A stretch of 64,000 nucleotides of DNA from Myxococcota bacterium (GTDB lineage: Bacteria > Myxococcota_A > UBA796 > UBA2385), in the NCBI GenBank assembly GCA_044344255.1, contig JBIJDH010000003.1, positions 224,001 to 288,000 of the forward strand, read 5' to 3'. The notes beneath the pieces are model-generated. The model made no database searches. It worked only from the letters and a program-made list of their open reading frames with translations, and was not told the DNA's origin. Positions 17,650 to 27,025 of this stretch are shown in pieces. Position 1 is the stretch's first letter. Each line of letters starts with the position of its first letter. Position numbers and translations under genes: made by a program.

Positions 17650-19455
17650 ATGGAATACCATACCCCAGGTGTATACATCCGTGAGGTCGACAGCGGCCCG
17701 AAGCCCATCGCTTCGGTCTCGACCAGCACGCCGGGCTTTCTCGGACTCTTCCCCTTCCTGCCGAATCCGGACGCGGTGGCCATCACCGGCACCGACGGTC
17801 GGCGTCAGATCCGAGGCAAGGTGATCCCCCAGCTGGTGGACACCAAGGGCACCGTCACCGGCGACGCCGACCAGGCGACCACCGCGTTGACCACCGCTTT
17901 CCGCCTCAAGACCAGCCAGGTCAAGGACGTCAAGGCGTACTTCGAGCTCCACGGCGCTGCGAAGTCGGGCGCCAAGGCCCCCAAGTTCGAGCCCGGCACC
18001 AAGGGCCGCGTCAAGATCTCTCTCGGCGAGAAGACCCTTGAGGTCGCCGATGTGATCCTCGACGTGCAGGGCAAGGTCGTCACCGAGAATGACCAGCTCG
18101 TCGAAGAGCTGCTCAACCAGCTCAAGGAGACCTTCTCGCTGACGAAGGCGGCCCCCAAGACCGCCGCTGACGTCCTCGCCGTCTACGGCTTCGAGTTCAA
18201 GGGCGCTGAGGGCACTGCGCTCCGCAGCGAGTACAGCGTCCCGCCGATGGCGGTGACGAACAAGGCAGAGTTCTTCCGCTGGCTGCAGAGCTTCTACGCG
18301 GAATATCTCCTGGCCACTGAGCCCATCGAAGACCTCATCGGCCAGAACATCGAAGACCCCGACGAAGCCGCTGACGCGGTCTTCGAGGCGCTCGGCAAGG
18401 ACGAGGCGCTCAAGAAGCGCTTCCGCGAGTTCCTCAGCCAGCCCACCGTCTTCAACTTCGTGGCGGCCGTCAACGGCTTCTACGACAACGGCGGCGGGAA
18501 GTCCTACGTCTACCTGATGGGCGCCCAGGACGTCGATTGTTCGATCCGCGAGAATCAGGCCGACAAGATCGGTCTCTACGCCTTCGACGACATCGACGAC
18601 ATGGCCATCATGGCCGTCCCTGGCCTCAACGTGAATCAGCAGCGCGAGATGCTGGAGCACTGTGAGACCCGCAAGGACCGCTTCGCGGTGCTCGACGGTC
18701 CGATCGTCAGCGACGGTAACATGGACATCCCGGCCTCGAACAAGGGCTACGGCGCCATGTACGTGCCCTGGCTCAAGATCACGAAGCCGAGCTGGTTCGT
18801 GGGCAACCAGGAGCACATCAAGGTCTCCGGCCCCAACCGCCGCAAGCTGATCAAGACCGAGAAGAACGAGCTCTTTGTGCCGCCGAGCGGTCACATCGCC
18901 GGCATCATGGCCCGCGTCGACACCGAGCGCGGCGTGCACAAGGCCCCCGCGAACGAGATCGCGATGGGGATCACGGGGCTCAGCCAGAGCATCAATCGGA
19001 TCGAGCAGGGTCAGTACAACGACCGCGGCATCAACGTGATCCGCGAGTTCAAGGACCGCGGCATTCGGGTGTGGGGCGCGCGCACCCTGGCCACGAAGTC
19101 CGACCCCTCTTGGAAGTACATCAACGTTCGCCGGCTCTTCATCATGATCGAGCAGTCGATCATGGTGGGCAGCCAGTGGTCCGTCTTCGAGCCGAACGAC
19201 CACACCCTGTGGAAGAAGCTCACCCGTGACGTGCGCGCCTACCTCATGCGCGTCTGGCGTTCGGGCGCCCTGTTCGGTCAGACTCCGGAAGAGGCCTTCT
19301 ACGTCAAGTGCGACGAGGAGACCAACCCGCGCTACCTCATCGACGCTGGCCAGGTCAACGTGCAGATCGGCATCTGCCCCGTGAAGCCCGCCGAGTTCGT
19401 CGTGTTCAGCATCGGTCAGTGGGACGGTGGAGGACTCATCGAAGAAGCTGGGTAA
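17650..19455 (+). CDS. Major contractile sheath protein (Afp2/3-like)
   Basis: YHTPGVYIREV, GFYDNGG, RFAVLDGP, VPPSGHIAG, GVHKAPAN, VWGARTL, YINVRRL, VFEPND, PVKPAEFV. Confidence 0.96.
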   Translation: MEYHTPGVYIREVDSGPKPIASVSTSTPGFLGLFPFLPNPDAVAITGTDGRRQIRGKVIPQLVDTKGTVTGDADQATTALTTAFRLKTSQVKDVKAYFELHGAAKSGAKAPKFEPGTKGRVKISLGEKTLEVADVILDVQGKVVTENDQLVEELLNQLKETFSLTKAAPKTAADVLAVYGFEFKGAEGTALRSEYSVPPMAVTNKAEFFRWLQSFYAEYLLATEPIEDLIGQNIEDPDEAADAVFEALGKDEALKKRFREFLSQPTVFNFVAAVNGFYDNGGGKSYVYLMGAQDVDCSIRENQADKIGLYAFDDIDDMAIMAVPGLNVNQQREMLEHCETRKDRFAVLDGPIVSDGNMDIPASNKGYGAMYVPWLKITKPSWFVGNQEHIKVSGPNRRKLIKTEKNELFVPPSGHIAGIMARVDTERGVHKAPANEIAMGITGLSQSINRIEQGQYNDRGINVIREFKDRGIRVWGARTLATKSDPSWKYINVRRLFIMIEQSIMVGSQWSVFEPNDHTLWKKLTRDVRAYLMRVWRSGALFGQTPEEAFYVKCDEETNPRYLIDAGQVNVQIGICPVKPAEFVVFSIGQWDGGGLIEEAG

Positions 19456-19531
19456 GCCCCACGGACTGTACCCCCGCCCGGCGCATTTCCACCGTGCATC
19501 GGGCATCCACAAGTAAGAAAGGAACAACAAC

Positions 19532-19975
19532 ATGGCTACCGAAGAACTGTTCGGCTCCTACAACTTCCTCCTCGAGATCCAGGGTGTCATCAATGACAAC
19601 AAGGTGATCGTGGGCGGGTTCAAGAGCGTCTCCGGCATGGACTCCGAGACCGAGATCATCGAGTTCAAGCAGGGCAACGACATGGTCGTGCGCAAGAAGC
19701 CCGGCCGCACCACCTACGCCAACATCGTCCTCGAGCGCGGCTACACCGCCACCGACGATCTCTGGCAGTGGCGCAAGAACATCGAGGACGGCAAGATCGA
19801 CCGCCGCGCCGGCTCGATCATCATCCTCGACCAGGACGGCCAGACCGAAGTGGCCCGCTACAACTTCTACGAAGGGTGGCCCTGCAAGTGGTACGTCCCC
19901 GACATGGACGCCGACAGCAGCGCCATGGCGATTGAGAAGGTTGAGATCGCGGTCGAGAAGATCGAGAGGGCCTGA
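19532..19975 (+). CDS. Major tail tube protein (T4 gp19/Afp1-like)
   Basis: YNFLLEI, GGFKSVSGM, KKPGRTTYANIVLERG, WPCKW, AIEKVEIAVE; strong A-rich RBS AAGAAAGGAAC. Confidence 0.96.
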   Translation: MATEELFGSYNFLLEIQGVINDNKVIVGGFKSVSGMDSETEIIEFKQGNDMVVRKKPGRTTYANIVLERGYTATDDLWQWRKNIEDGKIDRRAGSIIILDQDGQTEVARYNFYEGWPCKWYVPDMDADSSAMAIEKVEIAVEKIERA

Positions 19976-20340
19976 TGGAGCTGAAGACCGAGTTCGAGTT
20001 CACGCTCCCGAGGGGCTACGTCGATAAGGACGGAGTCCTCCATCGGGAGGGTGTGATGCGCCTGGCGAACGCCAAGGACGAGATTGTCCCGCTGAACGAC
20101 ATGCGAGTGCAGCGCAACCGCGCCTACCTCATCATCGTTTTGCTCAGCAGGGTGATCGCTCGGCTCGGCACGCTCAAGGAGGTGAACACGGGGGTCATCG
20201 AGAACTTGTTCGCGAGCGACCTCCGGTTCCTGGAAGAGATGTACAACCGGATCAACGAGGACGAGGCGACCGTAGAGGTGACGTGCCCCGAATGCAGCGC
20301 GAAGTTCGATAAGGAGTTCGGCCGCTTGGGGGAATCGTAA
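19975..20340 (+). CDS. Tail assembly chaperone-like protein
   Basis: TEFEFTLPRGYVD.DG.LHREGVMRLA, LLSRVI.RLG, DL.FL..MYNRIN, CPEC; directly after the tube gene. Confidence 0.8.
   Translation: MELKTEFEFTLPRGYVDKDGVLHREGVMRLANAKDEIVPLNDMRVQRNRAYLIIVLLSRVIARLGTLKEVNTGVIENLFASDLRFLEEMYNRINEDEATVEVTCPECSAKFDKEFGRLGES
20328..20334 (+). promoter_or_regulatory. Putative -1 ribosomal frameshift heptamer G-GGG-GAA
   Basis: Slippery heptamer in the correct phase just before the TAA at 20338; SD-like AAGGAG at 20311-20316, 11 nt upstream. Confidence 0.72.
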
Positions 20341-20495
20341 GCTACCCCTTGGAGAATGTCTTCAAGGAGGTAGCGTTCATCGCCTACCACTTCCATTGGG
20401 ACCGAGAGACCATCCTCAACTTGACGCACAAAGAGCGTCACGCTTGGGTGAAGGAGATATCGGCCATCAACGAGAAGATCAACACGACCCGATGA
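20331..20495 (+). CDS. DUF6760-like ORF, probable -1 frameshift extension of the chaperone (absent from the ORF track)
   Basis: Translates GIVSYPLENVFKEVAFIAYHFHWDRETILNLTHKERHAWVKEISAINEKINTTR*; no ATG. Confidence 0.82.
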   Translation, partial: GIVSYPLENVFKEVAFIAYHFHWDRETILNLTHKERHAWVKEISAINEKINTTR

Positions 20496-20502
20496 TTCGT
20501 CG

Positions 20503-20542
20503 GCGGCCCCACCCACCCGGGTGGGGTCGCTTTCCCATTTTT
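20503..20542 (+). terminator. Intrinsic terminator-like hairpin inside the CIS operon
   Basis: 12-bp stem GCGGCCCCACCC/GGGTGGGGTCGC (one G-U), 4-nt loop, then TTTCCCATTTTT. Confidence 0.72.
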
Positions 20543-20570
20543 GAGAGCTACCTTTTCCCCATGGGTCCCC

Positions 20571-21770
20571 ATGCGACCGGGAATCATCGTACAGCACGCG
20601 CGCCTGCCGGATCGTAAGAGCGAGCTGGTTCGAGGCGACGTGGCGGGGATCATCGGGTTCATCCCTCGTCGTCGCTGGCCTGAGGGTGCCACCGCGGGGG
20701 ACTTCATCGAGCTCGTGCTCCGCCGGGAGGCGGATCTCTGGGCGCACCCCGATCGCGAGCTCTTCGACGCCGCTGCCCGACGTGCTGTGCGCTCCTTCTT
20801 CACGAACGGCGGCGACACTGTGCACCTCTTCGGAGTCTGCCTCGCCACCGACGATGATCTGCGCAGCCCCTCGGGCGTCCTCGGGGTGCTCGCGCCGCTC
20901 TACGATCGTCTGCGCTCAGAGGACGAGATCGGCCTCCTGCTCGTCCCAGCGGCGGCCTACATGCGCTGTGAGGTCCTCCGCGACGGCTCGGTGCGCTGCG
21001 ACGCGGAGGCCCTCTACGATGAGCTCCTGGCGCACTGCCGCGAGATGAACAACCGCTTCCTCATCATGGACGCCCCCCGCGGCCTGCATGGAGAGGCTCT
21101 GCTTCGGTGGGTCCGGCACTTTCGAAGTCGCGAGCCCGCCAGCCGCAGCTATGGGGCGATCTATTACCCTTGGCTCTGCCAGGGCGACGAGGTCTTCCCT
21201 CCCGGCGGGGTGATTGCGGGCTCCTTCGCCGCCGGCGAGCTGGAGCGGCGCCCCTTCGGCGTGGGTTGGCCACCAGCGAATCAGCCGCTACGCGGAGCGA
21301 CGCACCCGGAGATCGACCTCGACTGGGAGGAGGCCGGCGCCCTGGCCGAAGAGGCCATCAACCCGATCGTCGTCCAGCCCGGCCGAGGCCTCCTGGCCTT
21401 CGGCGCGCGCACGCTCTCCACGGATCCGACGTGGAGATATGTAAATTCTCGGCGAATCATCAATATGATCACCGAGCAGCTCCGGCGGGACAGCGAGTGG
21501 GCCGTCTTCGAGACCAACAACCCACATCTTTGGGATGTCCTGGAGCGGGACGTCTTGTTTCGATTGGGTGAATTCGCGACCGCGGGGCTCCTCACCGGGC
21601 GTCGGGCCGGAGAGGATTACTCCGTGAAGTGCAACGCGGAGACCAACCTCTCCACACTTCGCGACGCCGGGCAGGTCAACGTGCAAATCCGCATGCGCCC
21701 GGTCGGAACGGTCGAGCATATCGTGGTAGACTTGCGCATCGGCGCAGAACAGGCCGCGGGAGGTGCGTGA
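20571..21770 (+). CDS. Second, divergent sheath protein (Afp4-like)
   Basis: RPGIIV, AVRSFFTNGG, RFLIMDAP, AIYYPWL, PPAN, FGARTLS, YVNSRR, WAVFETN. Confidence 0.9.
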   Translation: MRPGIIVQHARLPDRKSELVRGDVAGIIGFIPRRRWPEGATAGDFIELVLRREADLWAHPDRELFDAAARRAVRSFFTNGGDTVHLFGVCLATDDDLRSPSGVLGVLAPLYDRLRSEDEIGLLLVPAAAYMRCEVLRDGSVRCDAEALYDELLAHCREMNNRFLIMDAPRGLHGEALLRWVRHFRSREPASRSYGAIYYPWLCQGDEVFPPGGVIAGSFAAGELERRPFGVGWPPANQPLRGATHPEIDLDWEEAGALAEEAINPIVVQPGRGLLAFGARTLSTDPTWRYVNSRRIINMITEQLRRDSEWAVFETNNPHLWDVLERDVLFRLGEFATAGLLTGRRAGEDYSVKCNAETNLSTLRDAGQVNVQIRMRPVGTVEHIVVDLRIGAEQAAGGA

Positions 21771-22462
21771 TGGCAGAGTGGCGTGGACGGGGCAAGGGTC
21801 GTGTGCCAGGCCAGCCCAGCGTGCCGGCCGAGGGCGGCGCGGGTGCTGGGGGTGGCCGTGAAGGCTCGCAGCCGACGGTCGCTTCCTCGGGCTCCTGGAC
21901 GGGGCGAGGCAAGGGTCGGGAGGCCGCGCAGCCCTCGATGGGTGACGGCGGTATCTCTGCTGCCCCTGACAAGCGAAGCTGGAAGATGAAGGGCAGCGCG
22001 CCGAGCGCCACCTCTCGCAGCGCCACCTCCTCCATCGCCGATCCGGAGGGCAACTTTGTCTTCGCCCTTGAGCTGAACGGCTCAGAGGTGGCCCATTTCC
22101 TCGAGTGTTCCGGGCTGAAGACCACCACCGAGGTCTTCGAGCTGCAGGAGGGGGGCATGAACTACGCCGTCCACAAGCTTCCGGGGCAGTCGAAGTGGGA
22201 GAACATCCAGCTTCGGTACGGCGTGAGCCAGAGCACCACGCTCCTCGGGTGGCGGGACCAGATCCTGCAGGACTCCTTCACCGCCGGCAGCCGCTTGAAT
22301 GGCGCGATCGTGGTGAAGAACAACCAGATGCAGGTGGTCCGGCGCTATAATTTCGTGGATGCTTGGCCGGTTTCCTGGGAGGGTCCATCCTTCCAGGCCA
22401 GCGGCGCCGAGCTCGCGATCGAGAGCGTCGAGCTGGCCCACCACGGCATCTATGTGAGCTAA
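21770..22462 (+). CDS. Second tube protein (Afp5-like) with N-terminal low-complexity extension
   Basis: DPEGNFVF, FLECSGL, EGGMN..VHKLPG, AWPVSWEGP, AIESVELAH; ATG overlaps the sheath-2 stop. Confidence 0.9.
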   Translation: MAEWRGRGKGRVPGQPSVPAEGGAGAGGGREGSQPTVASSGSWTGRGKGREAAQPSMGDGGISAAPDKRSWKMKGSAPSATSRSATSSIADPEGNFVFALELNGSEVAHFLECSGLKTTTEVFELQEGGMNYAVHKLPGQSKWENIQLRYGVSQSTTLLGWRDQILQDSFTAGSRLNGAIVVKNNQMQVVRRYNFVDAWPVSWEGPSFQASGAELAIESVELAHHGIYVS

Positions 22463-22495
22463 AGTCGGGGCGCCGAAGAACTCCGGGAGTGTGTC

Positions 22496-25400
22496 ATGGA
22501 AGGGACAGAGCGAAAGGTTCCCGGTGAAGACATCGCCAGTCGGCTGTCCAGCCGTTGGCAGCGTCGCCCCCGCATGGGGATGGCTCCGGCCTTCTATGCC
22601 CGCTTCGGACTTGAAGATCCCTGGCTGGCGACCGGTCCGGTCGGGGGCGAAGGTCGTGACCTTGACCTCGTCTTCCTCTCCGCCGCGCCCTATTACCAGC
22701 ACATGATGCGGCTCGCCGCGGCGCGTCGTCGGCGTGAGCTGCGGATGTCACGGTTCCTGGCAGCCCACGGCGACCATGCGGTCACCGCCACTCGCCGAGC
22801 TTGGCCCGCGGCGGTCTCTACCGTCGTCGGCGGAGCCGTCTCGATGATGTCGGCCGCCGACATGGTCCTGCCCCCGGCGCCGATCGCCCCGGCGCTGGCG
22901 GAGGAGGCCGTCGCGGCCCAGCCGGTGTCCCGCCCCCGCTGGCATCGGCGCAATCATCCCACCCGTGGCGTCGCCAGCCCCTGGCTCAGCCGAGAACATG
23001 CGCCAGCCGCGGTCTTCACGACACCGGATGGCCATCGCCTTCATTCCGAACCCTCGTGGGAGATGGAGCGCCAGAGACAGCCTGAGATCCAGACGGTCGA
23101 TACCAAGGCAGCCCGGTCTCCCGCGAGCCGACCGCTCGATCGGCTGAACGCGGTCGCGCATGCACCCGCGCAGCGCTCGGAGCCGAAGGTGAAGGCCGCG
23201 GTCGAGGCCCTGAGCAGCCTCGGCGGCGGACGGCGGATCGAAGAGGCCTTGCGAATCGTCGAGCGCGCGGGTGTGGTCGAGCTGCGCGAGGTTGTCCGGG
23301 TCATCACTCGCCACATCGGCGTGGCCTCGCGCCTCGTCGAGGTCGAGCTGGAGAGCGTGCTCCCCGACGCGGGGCTCCGTCCGAGCGCGATCGCACGAGG
23401 TCGGACCGCCAGCGTCGATGCGGGCCCTCGCGGGCTGCGTCCCGCGCTCCGGAGTTCACCGCTCTACGCGCCCGCCATGACCGCTGTGGTCCCTCCCACC
23501 GAGGCTCCGGTGGAGGTCGCGGAGGCCGTAGAGACTTCCTCGTCGCAGCGTCGCAGTGCCGCCGCTCGCGCGGCCTCTATGGGCCAGCGTGCTCGCGCCG
23601 AGCGTCACGCCGCTGGGCCGGCTGTCCCCACACGTCGGCCGCGATCTTCGGCCGCGGCCGCCTTTACCCGGGGCGCGCGTCCATCTTCCTCGCATCTCAG
23701 CGCCTCCCCGGTGCGCCGTTCCCGCAGCGCGTCTGGCCCGCAGCTCAGCGCTTCGCCCGTGATCTCCAGCGGTGCGACGACCCCTCGGGCCGCCGTTCAG
23801 GCCCGCGCTGATGACTCCGGCGGAGATGGCGAACGCCGCCCGTCGGTCAACGGAGACCGACGGGCAAAATCGGGGAACGAGACGGAGGAACCGACTACGG
23901 CGGCGCGCTCTCTCCGTGACGCGGCCCGTGCACTCCCGTCCATCTTTGACGTAGAGTCCTTCGGCGACACCTCGCCGGCTGTTGGACGAGCCGGGGCATC
24001 TGCCGCGAGCGCCCGCCCTTCCGGTCCGTCGGAGGTCCAGCACAGTGGTTCGGGCGCCCGCCTGACTAGCGGCGCGGTCCCCGAAGCGCGTGACCGGTTG
24101 AGCTGGGGGGACGCCGGTGAGCCCGTGGCCTTCCAGTCGGAGCGACGTCTGGGGATGTCCGCCCGCGCCGCCGCTCGCCTGGAACAAGCGGAGGGGGGCG
24201 TCTGGACGATCGATCGGGAGATTGAGCCGCAGGCCCCCTTTGTTCGCCGTTTGGAGCGGAGTCTGGCGACGGCCCCGGCGGGAGTCACTCGCGCCCGCCA
24301 CGGGGCGATCGTCCCCGAACAGTCTCTCTTGGTCCCGGCCGCTCCATTGGCCGAGGCGCAGGCGGGTGAAGTCTCGCCTTCTACCGTCGCTGTGGCCCGT
24401 CCCTCGGCCAGTCGGCCGCCCGGGAGCGAGCGCCGCAGCGCCGCGGCGCGCGCGCCCCGAAGCCCGGGTGCGGCCCACGCTGCCGATCGCGGCGCGTTGG
24501 GGGAAGCTATCGAAGGTTCGGTCCTCCCCCGGCTTCGCGCCGCCCCTTCGAAGAGCTCGGTGACCGCGCCGGTGAGCGAGCTGCGTGCATCTGAGCGCGC
24601 TTCGTCCCGCGCCGAGCTGGACGTCTCGGAGGAGCGCTCGATCGTCCCGCGGGTCGCCTCTCGGCCGACGCGTAAGGTCGCTCCGGCGGTGGTGCTGGCC
24701 GAGGCCCTGGTGGCTGAAATCGGTGAAGGGGGCGTCACGGATGCCCAGTCCGCCCCGCGGCTTGACCGCCGCTCGGTATCGGCTGCCCGCGTCGCCGTCG
24801 GAACGTCGGGTCCTGCGGACGCGGCCCGTTCGGTCGGATCCGAGTCTTCGTTGCGTGACGGGCGGGGCTCGCCGGTCGAGCGGATCGCCGCGGCCCTGCC
24901 GGAGGTCCGGGGTGTGGAGCGCTTGGTGAGCGGTGAGCCCCCAGCGGCCGCCGCCCGTCCGACAGGCATCGCAGGGGTCGAGGCCCGCTCCCGAGGCTTG
25001 GCCTCCATCCTCGATGTCTCCGAGCACGATCGTGTGCAAGATCGATTCGAGAGGCAGGAGGTCGCGGTCGAGCGAGACCGGTCCGCCGCTGCCCGGATCG
25101 GCGCTCACACCGTCGGCGCGCGGGCGGCGATCACGGCGCCCGCCGCGGTGCCCCTCAGCCCGCCGGCGGCCGCGGCGCCACCGGCAGAGGCTGCGCCCTC
25201 GGCGACGCCCGCCTCTCGTCGTCCCGCACATCGGTCCGGAGCGGCTGTTGGTCGGCGACGGTCGGCCGTTCGGGAGGCGCGGGCTCGCCTCTCGCTAGGT
25301 GTGGAGCCTCAGCTCCGCTCCGTCGTGCCCCACCCCACAGCGGCTCGCGCGTCAGCCCCGGTGGGCGCTCGCCTCGCCGTGGGCAGCCCTCTTGTCGCAT

Positions 25401-27025
25401 CCCGTTCGGCCGCGTCGCCTCCGGCCATGATGGCGCCGGCGACCCCCGCGCGGGCGAGCCGTGGTGCTCGGTCCTTGCGGCTCCCGGCCGCCCTCCTCGC
25501 CGGTGCGCGTGGCTCGACCGCCCCCATCGTGAGCTGGCTCGCCCGCAACACCGCCGAGCCGGTCACCGCCGAGGTCCGAGACGCGATCGTCGAGATGGTC
25601 AGCCGTCGCGGTCGACCGGGGCCCGCCTCTTACGCTCGCCTGGTCGGAGGGACGCGGGTGGAGACCATCTTCGCCGGTCCCGACGCGACGCCCGCCGAGG
25701 TGCTACCCGCGTCGGCGGCGCCGGTGAAGCCGATCATTCGTGTCCGTCCCGCACGCGTTCCGCCGAAGCGGGCCGCCCGTCGTCCTCGGGTCACTGCCGC
25801 GCCCGGCCGGCCGCTGGAGTGGGCGGGCATCCGCAGCTTGCAAGGCTTGGTCGAGTCCGGGAGCCTCAGCTCGATCCGTCTCCCCGGCGGGAGCACTATC
25901 GAGCTCATCCGCCCAGACGCCGACGCCGCCGATACAGACTCCGCTGCCCTGGCCGCCCGCGGCGTCCGCACCAGTCGGCGCCGAGCGCCAGAGGGTGTCA
26001 ACCTCCGCGCCGAGGCTACAGGCTCGGCAACCGCGACCACCTCTTCCGAGCTCGAAGGAGCCGGGGAAGAGGTCGGCGCTCCGCTCGGCAGCCGTGTGGG
26101 CCGGCGCCGCCGAGCCGCCCGCCGCGCCGCTTCCCGCCATGTGTCTCGGAGCGCGGACGGGCGCTACGTTCCCGCGGCCGGGGTCCAGGCCCGTCGAACG
26201 GTGGCCACTGCTTCGGAGCTCATCCTCCCGTCTGCGGGTTTGGATGTCGGCGTCGACCCCGCCGCCCGTACCGCCGAGACTGCGCGTTGGGCCGGCGCGG
26301 GTGCGGGAGGTGCTGAGCTTGGCCGCACCCTCAACGCCGTCGAGCGGGGCGAGGTCGAGCAGGATCTCCCGAGCTGGGCGCAACGAGCCTCCGGTGAGCC
26401 GCTGGTCCGTGGCACGGGCGGTGACATCGTGGCCGCGCTGGCCCGTGCGAGCGATCCGGAGGAGGTCGTTCGGGTCATCATCGAGCGCGGAAGCGCCCTC
26501 GGCGCCTTGGCCTCCACGCTCCCCCGGCCGCTCCTCCAGGTCATCGAGCAGATCCGCTCCGAGTCCCAGGCCGAACGCCTGAGCGAGGCAGAGGGTGTGG
26601 AAGGTGGCTCCGTCGCGGGCTCCACGCTCCGGCCTTCCTCCCCGCGCGCGGCCTCCTCGCGCGGGCCGGCCCGATCGAGCGCGCGGGTCATGCGCGGCTT
26701 CACGAACTTGAGCGTCGGCGCCCGCCCGGTGGAGGGCGTGGGCCAGAACAAGATCACCAAGCTCGCCGCGAAGCTGCAGCAGCTCATCTTGCTCGCCGAG
26801 AACCAGCAGCGAGACACGGCGCGCCGTCAGGTCCGAATGGCCGAGGACAACAGCCAGGCTCGCGCCGAGGGGCAGGGCGCCGTCAGCGGCCCCGGCAACA
26901 CCAACAATCGACAGGTGGACCTCGAGGCGCTGGCGCACGAGGTGACCGAGACCGTGTTGAGAGAGATCGAACTGCGCCGCGAGCGGCGCCCGGAGGACCC
27001 CGATGAGCGCAGCGTCTGGTGGTAG
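22496..27025 (+). CDS. Very large Ala/Arg/Ser/Pro-rich CIS protein (tape-measure-like or lumenal; function uncertain)
   Basis: Single 1509-aa ORF between tube-2 and Afp7; C-terminal VDLEALAHEV...LRRER helix. Confidence 0.65.
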   Translation: MEGTERKVPGEDIASRLSSRWQRRPRMGMAPAFYARFGLEDPWLATGPVGGEGRDLDLVFLSAAPYYQHMMRLAAARRRRELRMSRFLAAHGDHAVTATRRAWPAAVSTVVGGAVSMMSAADMVLPPAPIAPALAEEAVAAQPVSRPRWHRRNHPTRGVASPWLSREHAPAAVFTTPDGHRLHSEPSWEMERQRQPEIQTVDTKAARSPASRPLDRLNAVAHAPAQRSEPKVKAAVEALSSLGGGRRIEEALRIVERAGVVELREVVRVITRHIGVASRLVEVELESVLPDAGLRPSAIARGRTASVDAGPRGLRPALRSSPLYAPAMTAVVPPTEAPVEVAEAVETSSSQRRSAAARAASMGQRARAERHAAGPAVPTRRPRSSAAAAFTRGARPSSSHLSASPVRRSRSASGPQLSASPVISSGATTPRAAVQARADDSGGDGERRPSVNGDRRAKSGNETEEPTTAARSLRDAARALPSIFDVESFGDTSPAVGRAGASAASARPSGPSEVQHSGSGARLTSGAVPEARDRLSWGDAGEPVAFQSERRLGMSARAAARLEQAEGGVWTIDREIEPQAPFVRRLERSLATAPAGVTRARHGAIVPEQSLLVPAAPLAEAQAGEVSPSTVAVARPSASRPPGSERRSAAARAPRSPGAAHAADRGALGEAIEGSVLPRLRAAPSKSSVTAPVSELRASERASSRAELDVSEERSIVPRVASRPTRKVAPAVVLAEALVAEIGEGGVTDAQSAPRLDRRSVSAARVAVGTSGPADAARSVGSESSLRDGRGSPVERIAAALPEVRGVERLVSGEPPAAAARPTGIAGVEARSRGLASILDVSEHDRVQDRFERQEVAVERDRSAAARIGAHTVGARAAITAPAAVPLSPPAAAAPPAEAAPSATPASRRPAHRSGAAVGRRRSAVREARARLSLGVEPQLRSVVPHPTAARASAPVGARLAVGSPLVASRSAASPPAMMAPATPARASRGARSLRLPAALLAGARGSTAPIVSWLARNTAEPVTAEVRDAIVEMVSRRGRPGPASYARLVGGTRVETIFAGPDATPAEVLPASAAPVKPIIRVRPARVPPKRAARRPRVTAAPGRPLEWAGIRSLQGLVESGSLSSIRLPGGSTIELIRPDADAADTDSAALAARGVRTSRRRAPEGVNLRAEATGSATATTSSELEGAGEEVGAPLGSRVGRRRRAARRAASRHVSRSADGRYVPAAGVQARRTVATASELILPSAGLDVGVDPAARTAETARWAGAGAGGAELGRTLNAVERGEVEQDLPSWAQRASGEPLVRGTGGDIVAALARASDPEEVVRVIIERGSALGALASTLPRPLLQVIEQIRSESQAERLSEAEGVEGGSVAGSTLRPSSPRAASSRGPARSSARVMRGFTNLSVGARPVEGVGQNKITKLAAKLQQLILLAENQQRDTARRQVRMAEDNSQARAEGQGAVSGPGNTNNRQVDLEALAHEVTETVLREIELRRERRPEDPDERSVWW

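Noticed and set aside
20396..20617. 73-aa ORF from the track as the gene after the chaperone
   Set aside because: It is out of frame with the DUF6760-like peptide and runs through the terminator into sheath 2.
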